IMG/VR virus record: IMGVR_UViG_3300049043_000117 | Location: 1 to 64,000 of that record | Reading direction: 5' to 3' (one strand) | DNA from: a virus | DNA: 64,000 nt | In this document: one piece after another, positions 22,487 to 35,600 of the stretch | How positions within the stretch are numbered: the first letter of the stretch is position 1 | Layout: the number at the start of each line of letters is the position of its first letter | Notes under the pieces: generated by a model | The model's input: the letters and a program-made list of their open reading frames with translations, nothing else | Told to the model about the DNA's origin: nothing | The model's database searches: none | Made by a program: the position numbers and the translations under genes

Positions 22487-23885
22487 TCACATTAAATTGG
22501 AAACCTTTACTCTTCTGTAGTAACGGTTTGCATTGAGGCGGAGTCTTCCGAGTCCCTGATCGGTTCCTTCTGCAAATGGGTTGGCAACAATACCATAACG
22601 GGTCTTGAAGCCGATTTTTGGTTGGAAGGTGTCCTGACCGACGGCACGAACCATCTGGAGAGGAACATATGGGCAGTAGAAGATACCAGCATCGTAATGG
22701 CACTGGAACCCTTATAACCTACAACGTAATACTGATCAGCAGCAACGTTAGCAGCATATGGGTCAATGTATACACGATACTTACCTTGGAGAACACCAGC
22801 GAAGGTGTTACCGGTGTCATCAACATTGAGGTTAGCGTTGAGGGCAGGGGTATAATCAAGAACACCAGCCATGGTTAGAGCAGACGCAACATCAGCGGAG
22901 CAGATGATGGTGTTGCCCTTTCCTCTACGAGTTCTTTGTAGCGATAGCGTTTGCATCTCTCTCGATCTGGAAGAGTAGACCCTTGAACTTCTCAACAGAC
23001 CAACGACCATTGGAGTCAACGTCGAGGTCGAATACACCAGCGGTAGCAGTGTTAACGGCAGCACCTTGTCAGCAACCTTATAGATGGTTCTGATAACTTC
23101 TCTGTTGATTTCAGCGAGGATCTCAGTAGAGAGGAATGTTAGCAAGTTCTGCTTCTGCGTTTAGACCGTGGATTGCCTTGAGGTCTTGAGCAAGCTGTAG
23201 GGAGTACTCAGCCTTGAGGGCGCGTGACTTAGCAGTTACGGTAACCTTTTCAATGCTGAATGCCATCTGGTTGAAGGCATTAGCAGCAGCGTCTCCGAGA
23301 GCCTCGGAATTGCCAGTTGCCATACCTTGACCAACGTTATATGGTGATGGGTTGGTTGTAGCAGATCCAACTGGGTTGAGAACGTTAGGATTGGTTCCAT
23401 CCTGGTTGGTTGTACCGAAACCAACGAGACCATCGGAGAATCCGCTGGAAAGGTTACGGCTGTTGTTCTGACCAGAGAAGGTTGTATCTACTTCGTCGAA
23501 GAAGGTCTCAGTGCCAGACTGTGAATCGTAACGGGAACGCATTGCGAAGATGAGTCCAGTAGGACCAGCTCATTGGTTGAACGCCACAGATGTCATAAGC
23601 AATGAGATTGGGCATTGCACGACGAATGAGGCTGATTAGAACTGGGTCGAAACCAGCAACTGGACCACCAGCTGGCTGGAACCAGAGAATCCACCAGTAC
23701 CAGCAGAGTTAACTGGGGAAGCTTCGCCGAGAAACTCGAGCGGACTCGCGGAGTTCTCTTTCTTGGTTCTCTAGAAGTTGTGCAGTTACTGCACGTCTGT
23801 GGGAATCTTTGATATCTCCTAGACCATCGAAGTCTAGAACTGGAAGCCACTTCTCCACTAACATTTGTGAGTTAATTCCGTCCAT
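22487..23885 (-). CDS. gp23: Major capsid protein
   Basis: AGFDPVLISLIRRAMPNLIAYD, GPTGLIFAMRSRY, MAFSIEKVTVTAKSRALKAEYS, GRWSVEKFKGL, FQPKIGFKTRYG. Confidence 0.97.
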
Positions 23886-23944
23886 TTTAGTTTGATACCT
23901 CTTGGTAAGTGTTGTTAAACTGCGGTTTGAGTATTATTTAGAAA

Positions 23945-25089
23945 TCACTTTTTAGGAACGTTGGAAAGTGCACGTAGATAAGCGTCCATAGAAGGTGAAT
24001 GAATCACTTCCTGAAAATTCGCTTCTTCTGATAGATTTTCCGTTTCGTTTGCTGGAACACCAGCGTTTCTTGGGAAATAAGATTCCCTAAGAGTTACCAG
24101 CTTTTGGTAATAGTCATTATCGCTCTCAAACTCAACACTTTCAGCGAGACTTGCAAACTTATCCTTTTGGAAGTGCGAGACCCTCGGAAACTTGATTTAG
24201 AATTCTGTCAGCGACAGATTCTGCAAGTTTCGCATTTAGAGCAACATTTCTTTGAATTTGCTCGTTGAGTTTTGTTTCCATTTCATCAAGTTTTTCTACC
24301 ATGCTCTCTAACACATCATATTTTTCTTCAGGCATTGATACATAATGTTCTTCAAAAAGACCCTTCATACCAGAGATGAAGGATTCTGTAATTTCGGTCT
24401 TAAGACCGGTTCTGACCCTGTGAGCATTTCTTCTAACCACTCAGAAGATACATACTCAAGGTATGAGTCAACTCTTTCGGCCAGTTCTAGTTTAATCTCT
24501 TCAACCTCTTCCGCAAGACATCTACGTAATGCTTTTCTAGAACAGATTGAATTTCTTTTGTTTTGGCATGAAGAGCGACTTCAAATACTAGTTTTGCCTT
24601 CTCTCTGAATTCCTCAGAAAGTTCTTCTTCACCAGAGAGGAGAGCTTCTACGTCCTCGTCAATGATGGAATCCACATCCTCCTCAACTTCATCTTCTTCT
24701 ACATCAGAAAATTCTTCTTCTTCGCCATCTTCTGCAACAATTTCTTCATCTTCTTCAACTTCTTCCTTCATACCCCCACCTTGACCAGGAGTAGAAACTG
24801 GAGTTGCTGAAGTTGGAGGAGCATCAGGCGCGGAAGCCTGCGTTTACAACATCCTTAACTTGTTTAAGGGTTGTGCCAGGAGTCTTCAGCATATTGCTGT
24901 CGTCATCTGAGCCTGACTATTTTCTGGAGTAGGGCCTCCGAGATCTTCCCAGCTACCAGTTTGACCAGGAGTTGCAACCGAAGTTGCACTGGTGTGTGGC
25001 GCTTCCGGTGCAGACGCATTAGCATTTACAGCGGTTTTGGATTGTGAAGTGCCGGTTTCCATTTCTTGTAAATTCTTACCACGGGACAT
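23945..25089 (-). CDS. gp22: Prohead core scaffold protein
   Basis: EDLGGPTPEN, acidic tract, ELSEEFREKAKLVFE, GLKTEITESFISGMKGLFEEHY, KLVTLRESYF. Confidence 0.9.
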
Positions 25090-25135
25090 TTGTACTCTCC
25101 GATTACCTTTAGTATAATCTGTATTTATTTATAAT

Positions 25136-25785
25136 TTATAGATTTGATAGAAACTCTTGAAACAAATTTAATTTTTGTTCATCGAGATTTTTTGATCAAC
25201 AAGGGTATTAATTCTTCTTTGAGTTTTGAGCCAACTGTTCACGAAGAACTCCCCCCTCCCAAACCCACTCTTTACCTTCCATAATTCCAGAAACAAATGC
25301 ATCTGGCAGCTGATGGGTCTGCTACAATATCAGCAGCAGTAGCTGAGCATAAAATCTTCACCAACGATTTTGTGTCCCTCACTTGTTGTTTGGAGTGAAC
25401 CGACTCCGCGAGAAGAAACACCAAGCATTACACCTTCATCAAGAAGAGAGGATGCAATCTTACCCATTGGGGTGTTTAAAATTTGTGCTTTGCCTTTAAA
25501 ATTATTTCCCTCTTGAGTAAGAGAAGTAATTTTATGAGAAACGCGATCTAAATTTACAGTGGGCCCATCTGGATGACCAAGTTCACCTAGGGCTCTACCC
25601 TTCATAATAAAGTTTTCGTTATAACGATTTACTTCACGAGAAAGAATGTTAATGGGATACATTCTTCCATTGCGGTTTTTAATTTCGCCCTGGAGAAATA
25701 CTCCTTCAATGTAAAGTTTTTTATTAACACCCTTTCCTTCGGTAATAATCTTTACATTTGTGACTTCTTCGGTGATTAGTTTCAT
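25136..25785 (-). CDS. gp21: Prohead protease
   Basis: MKLITE, IEGVFLQ, NRNGRMYP, ALGELGHP, GVSSRGVGS, DIVADPS. Confidence 0.95.
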
Positions 25786-25790
25786 TGTTC

Positions 25791-26064
25791 TTAGTTGGTA
25801 AGTCCTACTTTAGCAGCTTTCACAGATGCAGAAGATGCAAAGATAACGTCGGTTGAAGCTTTCTGAAGAAACTCAACACCACCCGTTAGCCATCGTAAAT
25901 GTGTTGGTGGTTGCGGCACCAAGCAGGAGTTGAAACGCTAACCGGTAACTGCAGCACCAGAACCATTGTATAGTCTTACACAAGTTGCTTCAGTAATACT
26001 TGAAGCCGTTCCTGCTGCTTGTTGGCATTGCAACTTCTGTTGCAATTATTTTTGTTCTTTGCAT
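25791..26064 (-). CDS. Small conserved virion-region protein
   Basis: MQRTKIIATEV...ATCVRLYN...VEFLQKASTDVIFA...KVGLTN. Confidence 0.65.
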
Positions 26065-26095
26065 TGTTATAATAAAGTCCTATAATAGTTATTTA

Positions 26096-26320
26096 TTATT
26101 CCTCGTCTTCTTCTTGATCTTCGTCTTCTTCAAAATATTCTTCTTCAGTTTCGGAATCTTCTTCAAATTCCATTTCTGGTCTACCAAATATTGAAGATGC
26201 AACAACTGGCCTAATAATATCAATGTTTTCTGCAGATTTTTGCATTAAAATTTCTTTAATACGGTCACTAATGTCTGCAGGAGACTCGTTAGAAACCATC
26301 ATGTCAATGAGATCATCCAT
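26096..26320 (-). CDS. Small acidic prohead-core-like protein
   Basis: MDDLIDMMVSNESPADISDRIKEIL with acidic tail, between gp20 and gp21. Confidence 0.7.
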   Translation of the reverse strand: MDDLIDMMVSNESPADISDRIKEILMQKSAENIDIIRPVVASSIFGRPEMEFEEDSETEEEYFEEDEDQEEDEE

Positions 26321-26356
26321 TTTTTTTAAATATCGAAGTTTACTTAAAGTTATTTA

Positions 26357-28072
26357 TTAGATTCTGCCACCTTTAATGCATTTTGAACTTTTGGTGCTTC
26401 CTCTGTTGGAAGCATTTCTGCAATTGAAGTGTTATCTTCTGGATTCATAGGAACTTCTCCCATAGATGGTTGTTTTCTGGTTGTTCTTGCCCAATAGGTA
26501 GTCCAGTAGCTGGATCTACTGGTGGAGGAATAATTCCAGAGACTGTTTCAGCACCAATCTGTTCATCAATTTCTACAATTTCTGCATCAGTTTGTTTTAG
26601 GATATTTCTTCTTATATAATCTACAGAAAAATACTTGCCCACATATGGTTCCGCAGCGAACAAGAACATTTAATCTATTTTGAATGAGTTCTGCTTCTTT
26701 AAGTTCTGCAAAATGATTATCATAAACATAATCAAATTGAATATGATCTGAAAGAACTTTCCAATCTTCTGGAGTAACAACATTCTTAAGGAGAAGTTGA
26801 GTTTTTAACATATCCATGAAAAGATAAGAAAATCTCTTTCTCATTCTTCCTACAAACTTAGTAAATTTAATTTCGTCCCTCAGAATTTCTGACGAACGAC
26901 CCAAATTAAATCCACCATTTCCGCCAAGACGAGACTCAGGAACTCCAAGGGATCTAAACAATTTTTTTTGAAAATACTCAACATCGGTGAGTTCTCCTAG
27001 ATTTTGTCCACCAGGGAGAGTCGTAATTTCTGTTCCGCGCCCACCTTCTCTTCTTGGAGCCAAAAATCTTCCATCATAGACATCATTTTTTTATCATCAC
27101 GAACTTCACCAGTATTTGCATCGTAAACTAATTTATTACGATAACGATTCATTATATCACGAAGATACTGTTCGGCTTTGATTCTTGGTAGGTTACCAAC
27201 ATCAATATAAAAAATACGACGTTCTGGAGCACGAGATAATCTGTAGATAACAAGACTATCCTCAATCATACGAAGTTGATTGAGAGCTTTAATTGACTTT
27301 ATGAAGATATGAAAGAACTACCTGTTTATTTCTATCTACAAGACCAGAATGTACGTATGTAATTGCGTCTTTTGAAATTCTTGCCGCTGCCAGCTGAATT
27401 TTTAAAACTACTGACTGATTGACCAGCTCCCCGTACCTCTCACATTTGGATCATACTCATAAAACTCCTCAACTTCGGGAGTTGACATGTTTCCATTTGG
27501 TGTTTTGCCAGATGTAACCGAAAAAGATGGATTTAATACATGTTTGCCAGTCTTTTTTAATTTTTCTGACCAATTTAATTTTCATGGGATCAATATATCT
27601 TATTTCTTTAATCCCTTCTTCTGGTTTTTCTAAATCAATAACTTTGTGATAATAAATTCTACCATCTACATACCAATTTCTTAAAATTTCATGACATCTT
27701 TTATCGAAATCTAAAATTTCTTTAATGTATTTAAATTCCTGTCTAATTATTTGTTTAAGTCTATCTGATACCGGAACATTTTGTAAATCAATTTGAACTG
27801 GAGAATCATTTTGATCAGAAACAATAGCCTCGTTGATAATGTCTTCAATAGCACTATCCACTTCTGGATGAATCGCCATTTCACGATATCTTTTGATTAA
27901 ATCGTACTCTGACTTGTAAACTCCTTCAATATCAACATACTGTCCATAAAATCCGACTTGCAACATAAAAATCCGAAGAATCTTCTTGATTCTCCGGAAC
28001 TGGGGAGACAATAGATTTTTTAGATCTATCGTCTCCCGAATCTTGGATTTTAAAACCAAATAATTTAGGCAT
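26357..28072 (-). CDS. gp20: Portal protein
   Basis: YREMAIHPEVDSAIEDI, WYVDGR, LRMIEDSLVIYRLSRAPERRIFYIDVGNLP, RREGGRGTEITTLPGGQNLG. Confidence 0.97.
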
Positions 28073-28101
28073 TATTCAAATATTAACTCTATTTCTATTA
28101 T

Positions 28102-28795
28102 TTATAGAGGGTTCAAAACTTGTGGATCTGTTCCTAACTGAGTTCCACCAGCAGAATCTAAAGCATCCCACCATTGTACTTGAAGATCCACTGTAAATTC
28201 TTCGATTGTATCTGAAGAATCATAAGAAAGATCAATTGCACTAACAGCAGTTGGGAATATTCCATAAAACTTATACGCTTTAAGAACAGGAATTGAATCT
28301 CCAGCATCCAGTCGTAGTAGGACTAATGACATTAGACTGTGCAGATGAAACTGATGATCTACCAAACTGTTTTACAATAGCATCTCTTTGGTATTGAGCG
28401 GGATTAATTAATCCAGAATTATCATCATGTTTGTTAATTGCATTCATCCATCTTTCAAAGGCTGTTCTGAGTGAAAAATCAATATCATTGATAATTGTAA
28501 TTGTCCAAACATCAAATGTTCTGTCTCCCGCAATTTTTAAAGTTCTTCCTCTGAAAGGGACTTCAATTACACCAACATTAGATGCTGGTAAATTTGCAGA
28601 TTTGATCATGAATCTAGAAAGTTCATTTACACTTCTAGTTTGATCTGTGGTTGAAGCTCCAATTGAATTAGTGGCAAATGCCGGAAAATTCATTTCAATT
28701 TCAAACAGATTTGGACGAGCTGCTCCACCAATCAACCTTGCTTTAAAGTCTTCTAACGTTCTGGAGCCAAAACTTGGAGTATTTGAAAATGTCAT
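28102..28795 (-). CDS. gp19: Tail tube protein
   Basis: GGAARPNLFE, VPFRGRTLKIAGDRTF, WTITIIND, IEEFTVDLQVQWW. Confidence 0.95.
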
Positions 28796-28832
28796 TTTTG
28801 TTTACCTCTGTAGGGATTGATGTTTTAACAAA

Positions 28833-31231
28833 TTAAACGGTTCCAACAACTTCTTCAAAACTAATACCAGTTCTATTAGCAACAAAAGTAAGACCAATAA
28901 AGTTAATCGATCTGTTTGGTTTGATAAAAATATCAGCCCTAAATTGATTTGAGTCAATTACATCTGGAGTATTATTTGATTCATCACAAATAACTAAGAA
29001 GTCCGTGATTCCTCTTTTTGACTTAACATCACGAAGATATGGTTCAACGATATTTACAAAATTTGCTCTTGTAATAATATCATTAAATTCAAAGAGTTGA
29101 GCTTTGCCAGCTTCAGAAATAGTGTCTTCAATGGTCAGGAATAAACGGCGAACGTTAATGCGATCAAATGCACTTGCAATAGATAACGCCGTTTTATCTC
29201 CAAAAAGAATTATTCCAGCTCCTGGGGAAAATATTACAGGATTGATTCTCTTAGGATAAAGCAAATCTCTTTGTGCCTGAGAGGGATTATAAGCAAGTTT
29301 TACAGCATTATTAATTACTCCTCTTGAAGCTCCAGCTGGAGAAAACCAAGGATAATTATTAATTGAAGTTCTTGCCATTATTCCTGCAACATCTGCATTT
29401 AAAGGCACATATCTAAATTCATTATTAAATCTATCAAACATATACTTGTAACCAGAATCAAATACCGCATATGATGAAGAACTTAAAGAATCGAAGAAAT
29501 CAATAATATTATCTGTTTGAGTATCACTATTTGTAACATTAACTACTCCACTTCTTGTTGGAGAAACACATGCAATGCAATCTTTTCTATTTTCTGCAAT
29601 ATCAATTAATCTATTTGCTTTTGCTTGTGCATCAAATATTGTAGATCCGCCAGATGGCCCTGCAATTAAAAAGTTGATTTCATATTCTGCAGGATTTCTA
29701 AACACTTCATAAGATGTTAATACTTCACCTAAAGTTGCTGACATTCCTCCAGTAGCAGAAGAATAATCATATCCATTTGACAATGAATATGACTTATTTC
29801 CAAAACAACCAAAATTAGTTCCTGAAGCTTGTTGTCCAGAAGCTATAGAACCTCCACTAACTTGTGTATATCCATTAATATCTGTAAATTTAACTCCAGA
29901 AACAGAATCACTAGCACCCGCAAAAACGTAAGAGGATATATTTGACAAATAATTTTTGTAATAAATGTTTTCGGACGGAGAAATTTTCCAGTCAGAGCTT
30001 TTGATAAATTTGTATATTTTTCTAAAATATTACCAGATGTTCCTGTTATCGAACCACTTTCATCTACAACGGCAATATGAATCTCATCATTTTTCCCACC
30101 TCTTTCGACTGGCATATTCAGATGTACCTGGTTTTGGAGCAATCGACTTCCAGAAAATTGTAGAATTTGACAATCCCAAAGTTTGTTGATCATACCAATC
30201 CAAAGCAGTTGTACTCGAATTTGTAAGCAATCCCTCTCCAAAACCATCCGTTCCATCAGCAATACTTCTAGTATATCTCACGACTAAAGTAGTTGATGCT
30301 AACGATACTGGAGAAGCGGAATTGATCAAAAGTTGTCCTGTACTGATAGCAACAATTCTTGCCTGATAAAGCTCCATTTAAACTTTGAATTAAATCTCCA
30401 ACATTAATGGATGACACCGGTAGTGCTGATGGAAAAGTGACAACTGTTGATCCTATCCAATACGTTGCAAATCCATCAAATCTAAATTTCTCTAAAGAAG
30501 TCGCAGTCCCAGCATTATTGAAAACTTGATAATAATTTCCAGAACCATCTGGAAATCTATTTAATCCGAATGATTTATAAGAAATTTCTGTAGCAAGACC
30601 AGTGATATTGTTGTGAAGACTTATAACTTTAACATCAATGTCATTTTTATTTACTTTAGTAACAATTCCCTTCACATATCCATCAAAATTTTCTACCGTT
30701 CCTGCAGCTGTATGCATAACTAGTTCCGATTGAACAAGTGATGGCAAATCCAGGCAGAAATACCAAAGGTTCCAATTCCTAGTCTTTGATCCGCAAAAGC
30801 ATCAATAGCACAAACCTTTAAACCATTACCCCAGGATCCTGGGTTTTTAGCAGCAAAAATCCAATTATTATCTGAAGAATGATTATTAACAAAATCTTCT
30901 TGTCCAGTAATTTTTAAGTTAACTGGAGAAGAGACTGGGTAATTTGCATTTTTTAAATTGGTGGAATCTGTTCTAACCACTCTCAGAGTTCCACCATAAG
31001 ATAAATATGATGAAGCAGATAACCAATACTCATACTGACTGTCAGAACTTGATGGTTTACCAAAAGTATTCAATAAATCTTGTTCGGTTTCTATGAGAAT
31101 TGGTTCAGCTTACTGGACCTTTTATAAAAGGACCAGCAAACTCCTACTTGATCATTTACTGCATCAATTCTACCTACAGTAAGATCAACTTCTCTAACTT
31201 TTATGCCAGGTGATACTAAGTTTAGCGACAT
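28833..31231 (-). CDS. gp18: Tail sheath protein
   Basis: LVSPG-VREVDLT, YLSYGGTLRVVR, WFSPAG, FGDKT, FDRINVRRLF, LFEFND. Confidence 0.96.
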
Positions 31232-31304
31232 TTGTTTCCCTCTAAAGAAGTTCAACTTAACTACAAATTATTTATTATTTGCTAACTTTATATTGGGGAA
31301 ACAA

Positions 31305-31544
31305 TCAGTGAACACTACCAGTCGGGATATTCCCATGAGAAATCTTTGCTTTTTTCTTTCTATTGTTAATAATTCTTCTTTTAGTACACTCTTTACATTC
31401 ATATGAATAAGATGAAGGAATATCACCTCTTCCCCTTCGAGTTAAATAAAATCCATCTAATAGATCTTTAATTTCTTCACAAACTCTACACTTTCTTTCG
31501 GTGAGGAATAAATGTTCTAGATCAAATTGATCATCAAAATTCAT
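31305..31544 (-). CDS. Small Zn-ribbon protein (CxxC...CxxC)
   Basis: ERKCRVC...YSYECKEC, directly downstream of gp17. Confidence 0.7.
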   Translation of the reverse strand: MNFDDQFDLEHLFLTERKCRVCEEIKDLLDGFYLTRRGRGDIPSSYSYECKECTKRRIINNRKKKAKISHGNIPTGSVH

Positions 31545-33198
31545 TATTGATAATCCCACATAAATGATCTATCTCCATATTCATCTATGTACCACCTATC
31601 ACCCTCTTCATCTATAAAACTTTCTTTATTATCCAAACCGTCAGAAATAAATCCAAAAGGAGCCATGTCTTGTTCAATTTGATTTCGTTGTTCTTCGTAT
31701 AGTCTTTTACGAACATCGTTGTCCGTCATTTCTTTGAAATATGGTTGTGCAATTAACCAAGCAAAAATTACTAAACACATTGCAAGATCATCATTGCACC
31801 CATCTTCAGCCTCAAACGAATTTGATTTTTGAATAAATGTTGTCAATTCACTAATTGTGTCATAATCTTTAATAATAAGTTTATCACTTTCTATTAATGT
31901 TTTGAGATTCATGCATCCAATCTTTTTGACATTTTTGGACATCTTAACTCCCATTTGAGATTTCTTTCCAGAAAATCCCTGACCAACCAATTGTCCAGCA
32001 CGACCTCTCATTGTACACATGAGAACACTATCATATTCCAAATCCATATGAAGAATCTGTCCAACCTGTTCTCCAATATCATTAACTTCGACAAGAATGT
32101 ATGCTTTGTTATAAGCAACAGCAAGATCTTTAATGATATTCGGGAATAACATCGGTTTAATTTGATTGTCTCTATACTTTGCTACAAGATGATATGGAAA
32201 TGTCGTTACATCACATATAGTAAATGCAGAATAATCCTTTTCTACACCACGAGCTACATCTACAGTTAAAACATAATTATGATCTTTCTTCAGGTTCTTC
32301 ATAAATATCCAATCCTGCATTATGACTTGATTGGATCCTCGTAGATTAAAGATCTAAGTTTTGCTGCAGATATAAGAGTATCAACAGACCCTAAAAATTC
32401 ACACTCAAACTCAACTTTGAATTGTTGTTCCGAAGTGTTTGCAATGGTTCGTGCTTTCCATTTATCATCTCTACCAGGAACTTCAGACCAATGAACATCA
32501 GTAGGTACATATTCATTCTTACCGCGTTCGGCGTCGTGCCACATGCGGTAGAAGTGGTTCATACCACGAGGGGTAGAAACTATGATGACCTTTGTGCTTT
32601 GTCCAGACGATATAGTAGGATAAACAGAGGCAAAGAATTCATCAGCAATGTGATTTGGGATGAAAGCGAATTCGTCCAGAAAGATGATATTATACGATCC
32701 GCCTCGGACAGCAGATGCAGAAGTAGATGCGGCGATAATCTTGGAACCATTTTCTAATTCTAGTGATCGTTTATTCCATGATACGATACCTTGTTGCATC
32801 CACTTTGGTAGTTTCTCGTATGCAAACTGTAATCTACCTAAGAAGATCTTGTGCAGTGGATGCCTTGTTCGCTAGAATAGCTATGTATTAACATTATCGT
32901 TAAACACTGCATAATGTAACAAATATGATACGCAGGTTGTTGACTTACCCGTCTGACGAGGCATCCTACAAATATTAAATCTGTGTTTATGAAAATTATT
33001 GATCAACTTTTCCTGAAACGGATACATCTTAAATGGTATCTCACCATGATCCAGTGAAACAATTTTGATATAATTTTTAGCAAAATACACAGGGTCATTC
33101 TTGCACTTGATAAACTCAAGAATTTGATCCTGTGAAAATTCTACGGCTACATTAGCCTTTTTCAAATTTGGATTACCCAAATAGACTTGATCAGTCAT
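31544..33198 (-). CDS. gp17: Terminase large subunit
   Basis: YLGNPNLK, PRQTGKST, IFLDEFAF, STPRGMNHFY, DVARG, DDLAM. Confidence 0.97.
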
Positions 33199-33202
33199 AA
33201 AA

Positions 33203-33381
33203 TTATAATTTTGCTAAATTTCCTACCAGCTCCTGTTGTTGTAGAAATAGTTTACAATAGCTTTCGCAAATTGCCTTGCCAGTTCATCTCCATCTAATTT
33301 ATCTATGATTCTTGCCTGTTGTTCATAAACAAGCATTTTATTAAGATCACTTAATTTAATATCATCGGGATCAATTGTCAT
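33203..33381 (-). CDS. NblA-like phycobilisome-degradation adaptor (candidate)
   Basis: MTIDPDDIKLSDLNKMLVYEQQARIIDKLDGDE-ARQFAK-YCKLFLQQQELVGNLAKL (~58 aa, one frameshift); two-helix pattern recalled from NblA proteins. Confidence 0.5.
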
Positions 33382-33382
33382 T

Positions 33383-35144
33383 TTACTTACCTTGAATTAC
33401 TACAATTGGTTTGGATGGATCGGTAGGGCTTGGATACCACTGCAGTATAACTGCACCTGGATAGAATTTCTCAATTTCCGTTTTTACTTCATCTTTAGAA
33501 GGTCTCTTCATATTTGGGAAGAAGAGTTGAAGATTCATCATGGGTCTACCTCTCCATGAGAAGAGTATAGTATAAACATTACCAGTGGATTGTATCCGTT
33601 GATAGTCCTCGTTTGTCAATTGTCCAGGTTGAATAACTGAATCTGCAAGAGGTAAAGAAGGACCAGAAAGTTTTCTCATTGCAGCATCCTTCTCACCTTT
33701 GTTTGTAGTTCCAGTTGCAAGATTTCTGATCTTTGATTGTCTTTGTGCCTGTCTATGTCCAGAACCGATTTCAAAACTTACATTCTCATTTGCTGGATGA
33801 ATGTTGTTCGGATCATAAGGTATTCTGGAGTTAATGAAGCGGGAAGTGAAAACATTTTCCAATAACCTTCACCATACTTACACTCCTTCATGGTTTCATT
33901 CTTTTTACATTTAGGACAATATCTTTCAACCTCACCCATTTCTTGGAGTTCAAATGATTCTTTCTTAGTTTTATTTCCCCAATTGGCTGCACCAACTTTA
34001 CGACACTTAACTAGAGCTCCAGATGCATATGCAGAAGGCCGAAACTCTATAACGAGATTTTACCTTTGAATAACACGCATCTTTTTCTCCAGCCAGCTTC
34101 TTTAACATCAGTAGAAACATAAGTTGGTTTTGCACCACCAGATTTTTGTTGTTGTCCTGGATCTCCTCTTTTCTTTCTTCTTGATGCAGACAATCTTTCT
34201 GCCTTTTTTCATACTCTCTCTTTTTTCCGAAGAGACGCACTTTGGAGTTCCCTCTCCTGGTTCATCACTTGCACAAGTCCCACCAGTAACAACATTTACC
34301 CATCCAGGTTTTCCTTCTTTTGATTCAGAATCATGAAACCAGTTCCAAAGTGGACTTTTTTTTGCACTTCTTCAAGTTCTACTTCTTCTTTTTTGACACA
34401 GTTTGGATATCTTTTTCCAAACATAGTCTTCATACCTTTTTCTTATATCCAGACCAACATTTTTCATCAAGCGGTTGTGTAAATGATTTGAACTCATAAT
34501 CGGAACCTTTAATAACATCAATTACGGTAGCAAAAAGATTTCCATTTGCATCAAGAATTTCAGCATCCTCTTTAATTCTTTTTTACGACCCTGACAATCG
34601 AGCTGCTCTGTGAGAATCCTTTTGGGTTGTCGCAATTAATTGACTTCTTATATTTCTCAGACCAATCTTCTTTTACTTTCTCTACTTTTTTGAGTTTAGA
34701 ATAGTAGTTTGGAACTTCATCTAAATGTTGGAGGGCAATATCCATTCCCTGATCATTATCTGTCGTGTGTTCATGTTCTACTTTCATCCCCATCTCAAGT
34801 TGTTTTTGGATTACTGATGGGGATACATCATAGCTTTTGCGATTTCTTCTACCGACTTGTGGCCTTTGAAACCTTCTTTTACTTCTTTAGTTCTTTTGGT
34901 GTCATCTTCTCCGTGAGAAAGATGATCGGCTGCTGTATCAAGATACTCTGCAGCTTAGTGATCTTTGACTGAACCCATACTTCAAGATCTCCCTCACCAT
35001 TGAGTTTAGTCATCAATCTATTAATTGCATCTTTATGTTCTTAAGTTCTCCACGGGCCATGGAAAACTCAAAGTCTTCTCCAAGAGGTGCAATAGTTTCT
35101 AGGTCTGCGAGAATAGACCACTCTTTAAAGGTGAGTTTATCCAT
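33383..35144 (-). CDS. Modular protein between gp16 and gp17 (DUF5661-like module plus several Cys-pair basic modules)
   Basis: Stitched translation: MDKLTFKEW...MGMKVEHEHT..IALQHLDEVPNYYSKLKK...INCDNPKGFSQ..CQGRKK...CWSGY..RYPNCVK...GGTC..TPKCV...KDACYSKVK..PSAYASGALVKCRK...YCPKC. Confidence 0.75.
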
Positions 35145-35167
35145 GTATGTTTATAAATTTCCTATTT

Positions 35168-35600
35168 TTATTTAGATAGATCTTGATTCATTGAACTCTT
35201 CAAAAACTTCTGGAGTTCTGCGGTAGATCCTAAGAACACTGCATTGTTTGTAACACTAGTAGGTGCAGATCCTTTTTGTTCTTGATTGATATCTTTCATC
35301 TTCTTCTGAAGATCTAGAAGTTTGTCAGTCACATCTCCAACATTCTTAATTAATTGTCCAGCAACTTCATATGCTCTAGGAGAATCCGATTCTTGTGCAA
35401 GTTCTAGAATGCCGTTGATTGCTTCTTGACCCTTTTCAATAATTGAATAGAGTTGTCCTCTAGAGTACTCATAGTCTTTTTGAAGTTGTTCAGTGGAATC
35501 CGCAATCTTATTAATTGCAACTGGTTCCGACTTCACAATTTCAGATTGAATTGGGGTTGTCTCAATATTCAGAAGCCTTATCAATGTTTTCAAAACTCAT
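35168..35600 (-). CDS. gp16: Terminase small subunit
   Basis: KDYEYSRGQLYSIIEKGQEAINGI, PRAYEVAGQLIK, NNAVFLGSTAELQK. Confidence 0.92.

Noticed and set aside
16003-33198. Introns or inteins in gp46, uvsW, gp20, gp17
   Set aside because: Gene lengths look normal for the family and no splice or intein motifs were seen.
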